A stretch of DNA of 64,000 nucleotides from contig SMSO01000035.1 of NCBI GenBank assembly GCA_004764695.1, positions 1,860,001 through 1,924,000 on the forward strand, read 5' to 3'. A program made the position numbers and the translations under genes. The notes beneath the pieces are model-generated. The model was not told the origin of the DNA and ran no database searches. It saw only the letters and a program-made list of their open reading frames with translations. Source of the stretch: Schizochytrium sp. TIO01. Taxonomy: Eukaryota > Protista > Bigyra: Labyrinthulomycetes. Shown piece after piece: positions 11,612 to 23,200 of this stretch (position 1 is the stretch's first letter; each line of letters begins with the position of its first letter).

Positions 11612-14124
11612 TTTTCTTCATCATAAACCATTATCATTCGCGGGCGAGTGACAAGGAAATGGGGAACCAAGAACGACTTCGTGGAAGCTAAGGAGTAATA
11701 ATACCTCGAGACCACCCTGGTGGTGATCCAAAAGAACTTCAACGAGGAGGACGATGATGATGGATGCGCCAAGAATTACCAAGACCCACCTCTCACCAAG
11801 TAAGTAAAGCTTCTCGCTTTCCCTTCTTGGAGTTGGTTCCTTCTCCAGCGCACTTATTTGCCCTCCTGTTTCCTTTCCATTGTGCGAAATCAATAATCCT
11901 TTCATTCCAAGAGATGAAGAGGAACTCATCCTGCACTCACCACCGAAAGTGCGCACCACCTAACCAAACAACACACCAAACACGCAACAGACAACAAAGG
12001 GAAAGCTTCAGTCAGCTCTAGCACAACCTCCTTCCCATCTCCAAGCTGGCTGCTGCCTGCCTTGTTGTCGTCCTCCTTTTCCCCTCCCCTCCTCCAAGCA
12101 GTGGTCCTGATCACAGAGATGAGATGGTACCAAGCATAGTACGCACCCCTCGTTCCCTGTTCACGGCATCGGAAAGGGCTAGCCAGCTTGCCACCTGTTC
12201 ATAGGAGTGGGCTATAGGATACTAAGAGTGGGAAACAAAAGTTCTCACCCCCGTGCATGCAGGATCAAGCAAGGAATATCGGTTCCTGCCAAAGGCCACA
12301 CCATATTGAGGGGTGGGTGATGAGTGGAGGGCGCACACCACCATACCTACCGAGCTCACTCACGCGTGGCCTGGCACTCTCTAGCTAGTGCACTGCCCAA
12401 GCTGGACATGACATGCGCGGCGGCGGCGAGAAACTTAGTTCTCGGGCGCGAGACCAGGCAGCTGTGTTTGATTTGCGGCACGTGCGAAGTAGGTACTGCT
12501 TGCTTGTATGGAGCAAGGCAAACTGCGCAGGCCAGCCAACCAAACACCTGACATTGGCTCGGGAACGTTCCCACGAAATCAATAAACCAACCAGCAACGT
12601 GAGCAACAACCAGACGAAAACGATAAAACAAGAAGGAAAACATGAACCTCATTCTATAGACAAATCCTTCGTGATATCTAATGCACGGAGGTACCGGCAG
12701 CAAAAGCGGCCAACAAACAAGAACCAAGAACAAAAAAGTAAAATACTGGAGTCTACAACTCCAATGCATGCATAGTATCATAGCACAGCAGCAAAAATAT
12801 GCCCCTCAAACAATTGGACCAAAAACATTCAACAAGAGTGAGCACAGTTTTAATTAATACCTTCTGTACCAACAACAGTTTACTAAGTAGCGCAGGGCCG
12901 CCAAGGCCCTCATGCTGTACATACTACTAATAATTCAACACTAATATCTATTTGCTAAAACATGAGTCATCATTGTACAAAGTAAAAGTAATATAAAATA
13001 ATTTGGTTATTTCTCTCAAGTCTCTCAAGATAAATCAACCTCCCCGTATTCTTCTGTCGCCCTGTTCAAGTTTTTGCTCGTGTCTACGAGCAAGAAGGAG
13101 TTCAAACCCACGCTTTCAGTTCTTGAGCACCAAAACCAGTTTTTCAACAACAACACCCCCCCCCCCCCCCCCCAACTTCCTCCTGCCCCATCTTGAAATC
13201 TCCTCAAAGCCAGAAGAAGTGAGAACTTGTTCGCGTCAGATTTTGAACCTCGTCGCTTATGGCTCCCCTAAAACTCTTCCTGACTTGCAGTGACCAGCCT
13301 TGCAAATCAGTTAATTAATTCCAAAGCACCTACTTACTACTTTGTTGTTAATTAATAGTAATCTACGAGGGTAGGTAGAAGGTAGATAGATACAGGAAAG
13401 CGAAGAATGCACTCTGACTTGTCAGTCAGAGGCAATAAGTTTTAAAAAATAGCAACAACTCAGGTTTTCAATGAAGTCAATGAAGGGAGGGTTAATTTTT
13501 TAATTTTTGCTCCTGGGTGATTTTTGGGCTTAAGTTTTTACCCACGTTGCTTTAAAAAAAACCAACAAAAAAAATAAACTTATTACCTCCGTCTGTCTGA
13601 GAAATGAGAGTGCAAGCACCAACTTTCAAGTTCTAAATCGAAAAAGTTTTCATCAAGGTAGCTAGCCTTTGCATTAGCGTGGCTTAAAGCTATGCTATCT
13701 CTGAGGTGGAAAGCCTGTACTATAAGTGAGCATCCCTCTCTGGATATTCTTGTTTTTACTTTAAATTCGTTATCTTATTATTTTTCTTTCTCATCTCGGT
13801 TTTCAATTCATGAGTAATCAAAGCAAGATTGCACAGAAGATTCCATCCGTATTGCGCTACCTACTTACATAAGTAGGACCCAGGTACGCACGCCCTGACT
13901 TGGAAGCCATAAAGGTGCAATAAAGACAGGCCCAATGCTCTCTTGCGCGGAGTGGAAAGGTGCTATAATTTCAAGAACTCAGGTTAATCATGCAGTCATG
14001 AGATTCTTTTGGAGGGGATAATTACATCGCAGAATTAGTTGTTCGTCTCAGAATCAGAAGAAAAGGGGAATCTTCTCCTTCAGACGAGTCAGTAACGCTT
14101 TCCTTGGGTTCTGACCAAGATTCG

Positions 14125-17100
14125 CTATCTTCTACGCATTGTGGCGTGCTTTGTGAGCTGCTCTGCCGCATCTCGACGAGCTTGAACCGTGTTCGTCATT
14201 TTGCTCCGCGCATCCTTTGCGTTTTCGAGAGCCGTGCGACAAGGACTCGCAAGCCATTCCAGCAGAATGGTCAGCTTGACCATTTCAAGCTTGCCGAGCA
14301 TCTGCGTGTAAGGGTATGCCACCAATCGAGCCAAAGAAGCACTCGCGCGATGCTCGGGGCTCTCTAGGTCATCCACAGTATCAAGCTCCGTCCAGAGGCT
14401 CAGCCGGAAAGAATTGGCTTCGCGTTGAGTCGTACCTCGCTTCGAAGATTCCTGCGGATCTGGAGCTTCTCGGTTCTCCGCAGAACGCTTTCTCCTGGCC
14501 TCTCTCCCATTGCACGCCGCCTCGACCACTGCCGGCGCGCGAACTTGCGCTGCGTCAGAGGTGATCTCATACGTTGTGACACATGATGAAAAATCGTAGT
14601 AGAAGGTGTCCCCATCCTCATCCACAAAAGGGATCCATGCCTCCGTGTGCCTACCACTCCCATCGTGGACTGCTCTTTTAGAGCCAAAAATGCGCTCGGC
14701 ATCCAGCAAGAGAACCCAGAATGGATCCAGCGGATGCGACCTCGAAATCGCGAAGGTCTCGTGGTTTCCAAAAAAGTGCTCATCCGTAAACTCATCGAAA
14801 CAAAGGCGCCACTTGCTTGGCAATGGGGACAAAGCAGCAGCCTTGGCTATCCACATCAAATGTGCCTCTCGAGGTAGATCGACGCCTAGATATGTTGCCA
14901 TCTGTAAGACATCTTCTGGTGCGAGTTGACGCCGAAATGAACCAGGGTCCCCGCCTGCCAAACGGCGCCGCTCTTCGCCGCTTCCGTGTAACCACCACAC
15001 AGGACGTAAGACAGACTCTGGCAATGGCCTTGGCAAAGGAAGCTCCATAAACTGCAGAGCTGGCTCCTGCTTGCTACTCTGAATGGATGCCGCATAGTCC
15101 GCGAGGTCTCCCATTGGAAGAATGCGCTTAGACTTCTTGGTCTTTCTAGCTGCACTACGCTGTGCACTCACAGCATCTGCGACCTCATCTTCTTCGCGAT
15201 CACCGCCAAACATATTACCTGACGGCATAACACGATTTGATCGCCGAGCCACAGCAGACATGGGCCGGCGCTTGCCGTCTGCATCATTATTCTTTGCCAA
15301 CGAACCGTCACTCAGGATGCTTTCGGCAGCCTCTTGCATGTCCGCATCTAAATGTGCTGTTCGTCGCGCGATGCGCCTAAGCAGATTGAGTTCGGCGCTT
15401 TCCTGATGATTGTAGTCTCGATTCAGCAAATGTGCACTCTGTGGACGGTCGATACCCTGCCGCCGTGGACCTCTATGGAGTCTGCCTTTGCTCTTTGCGT
15501 CGAGGATGCGCTGAGCCTTGTCAGCCTTGAGCCGTTCATATAATTTACGAAAAAATGGGTCTAGTGGATGCTCCCACTGAGTCCTCTGTTTCGGGTCATC
15601 TGTGCGCCAATAGTATACATCCCCACGTCCTGCCGAGCTTTCATCACGAGCTTGGCACCAGCCTGGAGGAAGCGGAGCATAAAGGCATTCCTCGGCGAGC
15701 CAAAGCCACGCCTTATCGTTCTCGGGATCCATACCAAGATAAATGGCAAAATCCAGGATGTCATCACGAGCTGGCGCAAGGCGTCGAGAGATCTCCCCAT
15801 CTCGCAAGTACCATGGGTCGTCTTCTGTCCTAGCTAGTACTCTTTCAGTTCCCAGCTGGCCATGCGGAGAACCTGCACTATCTACGGGGTTTTGAAGATC
15901 ATGGTGTCTCCTCTGATCCATCTTCATTGTACTCTGGTGGACCATGAACATACTTTCCTGACGACTTTGATCCCTTGGTGACACAATTCGGTCTTCGCCA
16001 TCACTACTTGAAGAGTCACCCAAGTTTAGCTCCTCGTATGTTGTCTCTGGCCCTGTAAGATTTTCATAAGTAGCATACTGATCAATCTCGCACTCTTCGT
16101 CGTCGCTGTCTTCGTCAATGATTGGGCAATCGCTCTCATTGTCCTCAATTTCGTTATCATCGACCGACGCTACACTTTGCGCTGGGTGCCGAGGTTGCAT
16201 GTCACCAGTTTTTCGTACCCTGGCCGATGCAGGTCTTTGATTACTTACTTCAGCTCCGACCTTTGTCTCAAAGACTTTAGCGCTGTCTGCCCAAGCATCA
16301 ATCATTGATGAGTTGCGAGCACCTGCTTCAACGTTCTCTGCTTCGATATTAGGATTACCTGAATAAGCTCTATGCATTTGATATTCTGTATCACTATCTT
16401 CATCAATATCAAGTTTTTCTTCAAACGACTGCTCTTCTTTGACAAGACTGCTTTCCCGAGGGACAAAGTCATCTACCCTCCCCTCAAAATACGATTTGGG
16501 ATTGACATCCTTGGCATCTTGAATATCATCGAGATCAATTATCTCGCTGTGCTCGTCACTGCTGACTGTCAATGGGGTTTTCATTAGGGATCGAGTTCCT
16601 TCTTCTTTTGACTCAGTATACACAAAACCTTCCATCGACGGATTAGGCAGCGCATCTAGCTCATGAAGCGTGTCCTCATACGATTTGGATGAGGAGATTT
16701 CAATACTTTGCGGGGATGATACCTTGGATTCTGTAGTGTTTTGACTACGCATTTGGGAATTCAGTGGTGCCTTGACATCACTACAGGCCTCCTCTGGGGA
16801 CTTACTATCACTAAAGGCAAGATTTTCCTTCACTAGGCGCGCCAACGCTGAAACATGGAATCCTCGAAAACGAGAGTCTTTAGCGAATCGCTGAGCGACG
16901 CGAAAGCTTTCATCTTGAGAAAGGTTAGTAACCCCTGCATCTAAAAGTCCTTTTCGAAATGCTCGCATTGAATTTGCTCCACCTAACGATTTTACGAGCA
17001 AGCTTTCTGCCTCAGAGCTTGACAGCTGGGCAAAATTTGACGCAAGGCGGGGGAGGACATCCATATGAAAGCGTGGATCATGCACAAAACCAATGAAATC

Positions 17101-18130
17101 GCATAGCATAACTGCTTGATCGAGTCCGCGACATGGCTGCATTGCACGGAAAATTTTAGAAAGTTCCAAATCAGAAAAAAAACTGCATTGTAAGCGTCGG
17201 GAAAGACTCCGCATATCTGACGAGAGCAGTTGCCCATTTGCAGCTGCTTGAGCCCCTGTCAAATCCATGAAAACCACGTCAAGATTATCCAGTGCACCCC
17301 AATCTTTTGCTTCACGAAGGAGTCGTGAACGAAATTGCTCAATGATTTCCCAGGTCGTGCCCCAAGTTGGGAACATGTTCTCCAGAATCACCGCAAAGCT
17401 CACCTTTGAGGTTCCATTTGATCCAGTGTACCGATAGTTTTCTGATAACGTTTCAAAGTCGGCTTCCGCAAGACCGAGCCCCTCACATACACATGAACGA
17501 AATAGTTCTGTCGGCATCTGTCCTAATTGAGCCTGTTCCTTAGGTTCCTTTAGTAAGGCCTCATCGAACAGGTTGCGCCAGGTCATGCCCTTTTCTATAA
17601 ACAACTGGATTCGCCCGCGTAATCTATCAGTAGCCTCGGCTACCTGACCTGAATTGAGTCGAGGTGCGTGTCGGAGAGGTGGAGAGCTTGGTGACTGTGG
17701 AGATAAAATTGACATTGCTCCTGCCCGTAATGTTGTTGATCTAGGGAAACCTTCGTTTTTGTTATTTAATGCGGTCTCTTTCTGAGAACTTCCATAGCTT
17801 GTAGCGACACTGAGGCTTGCAAATGGGTTGTCAGCTTTTCCCTCTTGAACCCAGGATACTGGAGCATCCGCAAGGGTAATAAATTCTTCTAGGCTTTCGT
17901 CGCCTTCTTCTAAAGCAGACCTGTCATGACAACATATGCGGGTCAGTATTAAGAATATAAATCAAGCAGATCATCGCCTGATTCGACGTACTCGCTCTAT
18001 GAGCCATATTTTGAACTTACATAAGCTTTGCTCCATTCTTTGCACGGCCAGCTACACTTGCACGTCCTCTAGTCGCGTTCGGCTCGCTCGGAGGACCAGG
18101 GCGCATTGACCAGGCATCTTCGGCCTGCAT
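14125..18130 (-). CDS. Large protein with two CEP164-type N-terminal/WW modules plus a third WW-like motif; exons ~18130-18021 and 17920-14125
   Basis: 1196-aa ORF extends in frame across a GTAAGT...CAG intron (17921-18020) to an ATG at 18130. Motifs DILDFAIYLGMDP..WLAEECLYAPLPPGW..YYW..QWEHPLD and DVLQMATYLGVDL..MWIAKAAALSPLPSKW..HPLD match the CEP164 NTD pattern. An additional upstream exon is possible. Confidence 0.8.
17921..18020 (-). other. Spliceosomal intron (100 nt)
   Basis: Minus strand GTAAGTTCAA...ACTGAC...GACAG. Removal joins two open frames (AT|G). Confidence 0.75.
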
Positions 18131-18426
18131 TGGAGTCGTCGATTCTGTGTAAGTCTAACAGTCTAACAATATTCCCGATGGCGTCCGAAAAGAGATATAT
18201 CTTTACTTCAACGATGCACTCGACTTTAGTTGGGTAAAAGGATTGATTCGAGACTACAGCCTTTCTTGTCTTCTTCGCCCGTGAACCAGCCTGTACCAAC
18301 TGTCGGGCTAACTGCAGGATTCGCGCGGAGTTTGCAGAGTGGGAGTGACCTGGGTCGCCAGGATTCCCTCAATTTACAAACGGAGTGCCTCTGAGTATAT
18401 GGCACAGTGCTGCGCTGCTTGCAGGC

Positions 18427-18520
18427 CTGTTTGTTTGTTTGTTTGTTTGTTTGTTTGTTTGTTTGCTTGCTTGCTTGCTCCTTTGCTCCTTTGCTCCTTT
18501 GCTCTCTTGCTCTTTTGCTC
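18427..18520. repeat. Compound (GTTT)n/(GCTT)n/(GCTCCTTT)n repeat
   Basis: Direct reading. Confidence 0.85.
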
Positions 18521-20245
18521 TTTTGCTTCTTCCCCTAATAACCTTCTCGTAAACGACAGACCTGTTATATTATTTTATATTATTTGCCTCTCAATTCTTC
18601 AATCGCATACTACTACAACCTGCAAAAGATGCCTAAGAGAAGCACTTGAGAGTGGGCCGAACCTCCACATTCCTTTCGCACACCAATGTGCCTCAGAACA
18701 TAGATTTTTTTCTTCTGTTTGGGTGTAAGTCTGTATCTTCAAGGGTTCATTGCTTCATGTTTATGCACAACGAACTGAAGAGCTTTGGGAGTACTTGTAG
18801 ATATTTGTGTGTATCTTGAACGGGAATAGCGTAGTCCTACTCCAGGTAAAAGGACCACATAACTTGGAAAAAGTAAAGACAGCATCCTGTTTTTATAACT
18901 CATCATTTTTTTTTTTTTTCCAAGCCCATAAAATTCTGTTTTTATATCTCTCAGTTATTCTCTGCGCACATGACTTGGATCGGTAGTGCCAAAGCAAGCT
19001 CCGACCTCTCCACTCAATATTCGTCAGCATCTTTTCTGCAGCACATTCCCTTCCGCCTGTCCGCATCTCCTACCCTCCGCATTCATCTACCCATCCAAAA
19101 CCAAGAAAATCAAGCTCCAGCCGCAGATCCGTTGCACGGGATTTCCCGACACGATTACGGCGCTCTTTGCCCCCTAACTAATAAACCTTAAATGCTGCAG
19201 TTATAGTGAGGGCGAACTGGCTTGTTTTAAGGTGGAAGTTTGCCTCGGCCTGATTGGGATGGAGGAGCAGAGGCCTATTGATCATCCGCTCGAGAAGCGT
19301 TGCGCGAAGACATTCCGGAGCTCGCTCGGTGCAGGCGTCAGGGCGGCGGCGAGGGCAAAACCTTCGTCCCGCAAAGCCTTGAGGGACGCACCTTTGCGTG
19401 GCCCACGCCGCAGGCTTCTGCGAGCGTGCGCATCGACCCCTGAAGTAGGCGCTGCTTCATCGCTGGCCTCTTTTTCTCTCTTTGACTTGGTTGCCTCTTT
19501 TATTTCTCTCTCTCTCTCTCTCTCTCTCGCTAGCTAGCTCGCTCGCTCGCTCGTCGCAGCTGAACAGAGCGGCGCTGCAGTCCTGGGAGGAAAGCAGCGC
19601 AGTCGGGCAATCGAGGCTCTCTGCTCCCCTCCACGCCGCCGGAATCGTCTCCGCTCGAGCGAGGAGGTGGAAACGAAGAAGATACATTCATTTAAATTCA
19701 CTCGTTCTTTCTCTCTCCCTTTGAACGTTCTTTCTCTGGCAATTGAACATTCGTTCTTTCGATAGCGATAGATAGAGTGCTTACCAGACGGATAGATAGG
19801 GTAAAAGGTAGAGACTGCTAGTAGTAGTCGCAGTGACTCTTTGTTGTTGTGGCGATTTTTCCATAGTGGTGTTCCTGCGATCTAGCAACAGGAGAAACAG
19901 ACTCGTGCAAGCGGGCTCAGAGAGGTGTTAGGTTTCGACTCGTGAGACTGAATTGTGTTATTTCTATCTTTATTTGTCTCCGTGTTGCTTCTGTAGGATC
20001 TGGGTTAGTGTGCGGTGTTTGTTGACTATATTATCCACTGGTCGTCGCGTGGAGTTCGTGATCTTACCTTGTGAAAGGTAGGCATCAGCGAATTGTGCGC
20101 GGAGATAAAGGATAAAGTGACAGCGCAGTCCCACTTTCTTTCAGCGACTGATTTGATACAAACATAGTTGTTTTTTGCTTTGTGAGGACCATCTAGCACG
20201 TGTGATAGTTTGTTTTGAACACCCTATTATTTAGCGCGAGAAAGG

Positions 20246-23200
20246 ATGGGATACTTTTGCTCGCCCGTGTTCTGGCAGATTCGCTTTTTGGTGGAATCAC
20301 TGACCAAGAAATCTCAACAGGCGTGCACCAATGAAATTAATGAGATTGTGGCACTCTATGGCCAGGATGCTGAGCTTTTCTGCCTGTCATGCCTGGTCAA
20401 AGAAATTGACTTGAACATTGTGGGTAGCTCCCGCAACCAGCGCGACCAAGTGCCTCTAGACATGCAAGCCAAGCTCAGTGTGCTCAGTGAGCGTGTTGAA
20501 AACTTGTGGAGCACGCGTCAAGGTGACTTTGCCGTTTTCATGCGCCGTATCCTTGAAGGTGCCGCGGCTCTCTCCAAGGAGGCTGCAGATGAGGCCATCA
20601 CGACGGGCGAGTCGCCGGCTGGGCCTAAGGAACCCCTTCGCTCCATTAATGTCCAGCAACTCGAACTTGTGTGCCGTAAGGTACTTCAGCTGAACTCTTC
20701 TCAGCAGCTTTGCGTTGGTATAGGCCTTAGCACCAGCGCTAACAAGCGCATCTCTGATGAGGGTGCGCGATTTCTTGTGTCGACCCTCTTTGAGTCCATG
20801 GATATCAGTGACCGTGACGCTGATGCTGATATCGTTGCCAAGGTTCTTTGGGTACTTCGTAGCCAGCATGTCTTTCTTGCCGATGCAGAGCTCAGTAACA
20901 GCTGCCTCCTGGCTCTCCAAGACCGTTTACCCAAAACCTTTGCCAAGCTTACTGTCGCACCATTTACCCTTGCGGACCCTCTGTGTGTGAACTGCTTGGA
21001 GCAGCCAGACGAGGAGGAGTCCCTTTCGCTTGCTAACATTGTTGGTTGTATTGGTGTTGATGGGCTCATGGAGGATCTCGGGCCTTCTTGTACCGCTTCC
21101 ACCGAAACTCTCAAAAGTGTTCTCGAGCCGATTTGCACTGATCGCGACACCAAACTCGGGAATGAAGATCTCGCTGCCATCCTTGGCATGATGGCGCGGA
21201 CTCAATCTTCTTTTTGCTCTGGAGCGCGTGGTGCAAGTGGAGAAGACAACCCTATCGAGCAGCTACAATCTTCCTTTGCGCTCCTTTCAACCTCGGACAA
21301 ACGCCGTAGTACAAACCCTTCTAACAATGTCGACCAAAAGGGCTGGGACGTAGGTATTGTTGTTCATGTTGCGAAGGAACTCAGCGGAGGCGGCATCGAT
21401 GCTGATAAGGTGATTCAGCTGCTTGGAACGTGTGCAGAAAATCTGACTCCGGAAACCCTGGACAAGACAGGCTTTGACCTTATCGTCCGTGCTTACAAGC
21501 TCATGAAGGGTGGTAAACCCTTGCCTGGCATGGCCTTGCTTGATATCTCAAAGACCCCGGGATCTCTTTGGGAGAACCGCGGTGCACAGATGGCTTTGCT
21601 CTTCCACGCCGCTACGGCTCCAGCTGACGCTGTCACCTTTGCAGCTAAGGAACATCAACGCGAGATTGTAGCCGCCCCTCAAGATGTCAAGTCCTCCCCT
21701 AGTGGAGCCTGGGAATCTGTTGACTTTGTGGCTACACTTGATACTTTTGCAGGCTCTGGTTACTACCAATTTGTGAAAGCTCTTTTTGAGATTGCTGTTG
21801 ACCATTATCCGGAAACTCTCCTGCTTGGTCTTTTGCAGATCAAGTCCCCCTTTGATGCTCTTCGTGAGGAGACCTACGCTGTTCTCTTACCCAAGTTTTT
21901 GCAGAGTATTCACCTGAAGGTCCCCCCTCTGCAGGCCAAATTGGATACTGTCAAGGCAATGTGGAAACTTAACCACTTTGTACTTCTTCGTGCTCTTGTG
22001 GCCCTTTATGCTCGCGATGCCAGTTTCCTCCCTTTCGTTGTCGAAATTGTTCGCCAGCAACCGGATGGCATGGCCAAATTCCTCGATCTTCCTATCACTA
22101 CTCTTGTTTTTGATGCCATCTGTTGCGCGTCGCGCTCAGATCCCCAAGAATATGATCTTGACCGCTGGCTTTTGGAGCGTGCAAAATTAGTGATCTCTCA
22201 AGGGCAAAATCAAGCGCGAGCATTCGCTCGTAATTTGCTTACCTTTGTTCAACGCAAGGCAGTTGGCCCGCAGGGCGCAGGTCCTGGCGTTGGGGCGCCC
22301 CTCTCTCCGCGTGAAATTGAGATCATCTTTTCCCGCCTGTCAATCCTCGCTGCCGAGCCCGGTCTGCTGACGCCTGACTTTATCTCCGAACTTGCAAAGA
22401 CCTATGAGGCATGTGGTGGTCGAGGAAGTTTCTTGAACAACCTCCCCGACGGTGCTTCTAGCACTGGAAATGGGTCTATGCCTGGTTCCAGTTCAGGCGG
22501 GGCGGCGGCTGGAGCTGCTGAAAAGCACTCCAATGCACTCTTGCAGGCTCTGTATTCCGCAAACAAGTCTCCAATGGAAACTGTCGAGGCACTAGTGCGC
22601 ATGAAGCAATCGTCGAACCCAGCCGATCAGAATGTCTTCAATGGACTTGTCCATGGAGTTCTTGACAAATACCGTGTGCTCGAAAGTGAGAGCGACCGCA
22701 ATGTACAACTCACTGGTATAATTGTTGGCACGTTTATCCAGCGCCAGTTGATCTCAAGCATGGCTCTTGGTATTGCGCTTCGTTATGTGCTCGAAGCTTT
22801 GCGGAAGCCAACAAACTCGCCATACTTTCGCTTCGGTATTCTTGCTCTTGATCAAATCAAGGGAAAACTCGCGGAATGGCCACAGACAGCTGCACAGGTC
22901 GTACGTATCCCGCATATGCGTGAACGGTACCCTGATCTCGTTCGCGAGCTGGAGTCTGTCCTTGCAACCCCAATCAACCAAGCAGCTGCAGCAGCGGCTG
23001 CAGCCGCTGCTCGCGATGCTGCTTCGAATGGAGGTACTAGCACTCCCCAACCTGGAACCCTTGCTGCTATGGCAAATGCTTCTTCTGTGGTTCAACAAGT
23101 GCAGGCCGCAATTCGGTCTCCTGTGGCCCCTGGCCCGTACCCGTTGCGTGGCTCGGAGCGGACGGAAGAACGTTATGCAGCCTTCTCATCGCGTCTCGAC

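Noticed and set aside
21616-21709. 7-bp inverted repeat inside CNOT1 (GGCTCCA/TGGAGCC)
   Set aside because: Chance stem within a CDS. Recorded as a control showing that isolated 7-bp stems are not evidence on their own.
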